The position numbers and the translations under genes were made by a program. A DNA stretch of 63,574 nucleotides, counting the filler, from Lenisia limosa (taxonomy: Eukaryota; Protista; Breviatea): NCBI GenBank assembly GCA_001655205.1. It is 10 parts of 10 records of this genome, joined end to end, with 100 filler letters (N's around TTAATTAATTAA, not from the genome) between each part and the next. Parts side by side here need not be neighbours in the genome. Positions count along the whole stretch, not along the records: positions 62,428 to 63,574 come from LPNZ01006575.1; 9 more parts are not named here. One strand, written 5' to 3'. The notes under the pieces were generated by a model. It worked only from the letters and a program-made list of their open reading frames with translations, had not been told where the DNA came from and did not search any database. This document shows positions 62,791 through 63,574 of this stretch, in pieces (within the stretch, counting starts at the first letter, position 1; each line of letters starts with the position of its first letter).

Positions 62791-62868
62791 TAGGGCTTGC
62801 ATTTCTTGATAAATCCTCGATAAATATCGATGTTTTCCCTGTCTTTTTCGGACCGTGGGGAAGCCCTA
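62791..62868. mobile_element. hAT-type MITE (subfamily B-like)
   Basis: TAGGGCTT...GGACCGTGGGGAAGCCCTA; flanks gctctaat / actctaat (7/8). Confidence 0.88.
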
Positions 62869-62905
62869 ACTCTAATCATTTCATTCCATTATTTTGACTT
62901 TGCAG

Positions 62906-63244
62906 GCGACCGAAACAGGAGATAGCAGTTCCCCTGTAGACCCTGGGGACGACCAGTTTATCAGCGGAAGTATGTTGGATCATCCACTTGGTTCTAAACT
63001 GCCTCTAATGAAAGTGGATTTATCGAAATACTGATAGGTATCGAATTATGAGTTTAATTTGATTGGTGTTGGAGCTAGGGCGTCACTTCGGTTCAAAAAA
63101 AAGACTGAATCCTTGAAAACTATCGATATTTTATCGGTCTTTTTTGAAGCCCTAGTTGGAGCTTTATGTCACCATTCAGCCAGCGCAGCAGCCCTCTTCG
63201 ATGAGGATGAGAAGGCGCACCGGCATGAGTTTGCTGCCTTGCCG
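62906..63244 (+). CDS. Two exons of an unidentified gene
   Basis: ATETGDSSSPVDPGDDQFISG|TSAAALFDEDEKAHRHEFAALP, phase-compatible across a MITE-containing intron. Confidence 0.4.
63076..63154. mobile_element. hAT-type MITE
   Basis: TAGGGCGTCACTTCGGTTC...GAAGCCCTA; perfect TSD gttggagc. Confidence 0.92.
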
Positions 63245-63574
63245 TGAGGGGGGTAAGGGTTGATGGGGGTACTTTTGGGTAATCAAGCGGAAGTGGGACT
63301 CTTCAAAGACTGGCTAAGGCAATTTTTGTGTTTTTGTCATCTCTTTTTTGTCTAGTTCCATCGTTGTTTTTCATGTTTGTGATTGCTCGTTTATTTTTTT
63401 GTTTGTTTGGAGTGCATTATTCGGTTGGTGATTAGTACCTTTATGTCACTCTTCATCGAAATCTTCTTCTTCTTGCATGCGGTGCGGGAGAAGCGACAAG
63501 GCTTTGTTTTGTTGTTCTCAACCCTCGTGTGTTGCTAGCCAGAAGAGTTGGTTTTGGGATTCATTTTAGTTTCA

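Noticed and set aside
63153-63156. MITE end creating the splice acceptor (ccctag)
   Set aside because: The downstream cattcag acceptor at ~63178 gives the phase-compatible exon, so the MITE is simply intronic.

Overview
This is eukaryotic DNA, not one contiguous locus. Ten small scaffolds are joined by nine identical 100-nt artificial linkers (44 N + TTAATTAATTAA + 44 N), and there are about 30 internal N gaps, many abutting poly-G or poly-C runs. The genome is compact and very intron-rich, with GT-AG introns and exons of roughly 40-200 nt. The organism is a flagellated eukaryote (it has DRC3), probably a non-animal protist; I cannot name the species. Genes recognised by manual exon stitching are DRC3/LRRC48, STUB1/CHIP, AVL9, SHPRH head-to-head with POLE2, a cathepsin C-like protease end, and an ankyrin protein with one 99-nt exon per repeat. 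Also present are two LamG/ConA-like secreted proteins, a GPI-type surface protein with STIG1-like Cys repeats, a TmcB/C-like membrane protein end, an IQ-motif protein and several hypothetical fragments. The non-coding space is full of short non-autonomous mobile elements. About 20 copies of a ~60-110 bp hAT-type MITE (TAGGG termini, 8-bp target duplications) are present, with five Tc1/mariner-type MITE copies and a third family with a conserved head plus a 31-bp minisatellite. The most notable observations are the hAT MITE burst, a strand-specific 5' G-run / 3' C-run intron architecture, and an apparent antisense gene interleaved with the end of DRC3. No prokaryotic system (CRISPR, defence island), rRNA, tRNA or autonomous transposase was found. 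All exon structures are my manual reading and need RNA-seq confirmation.
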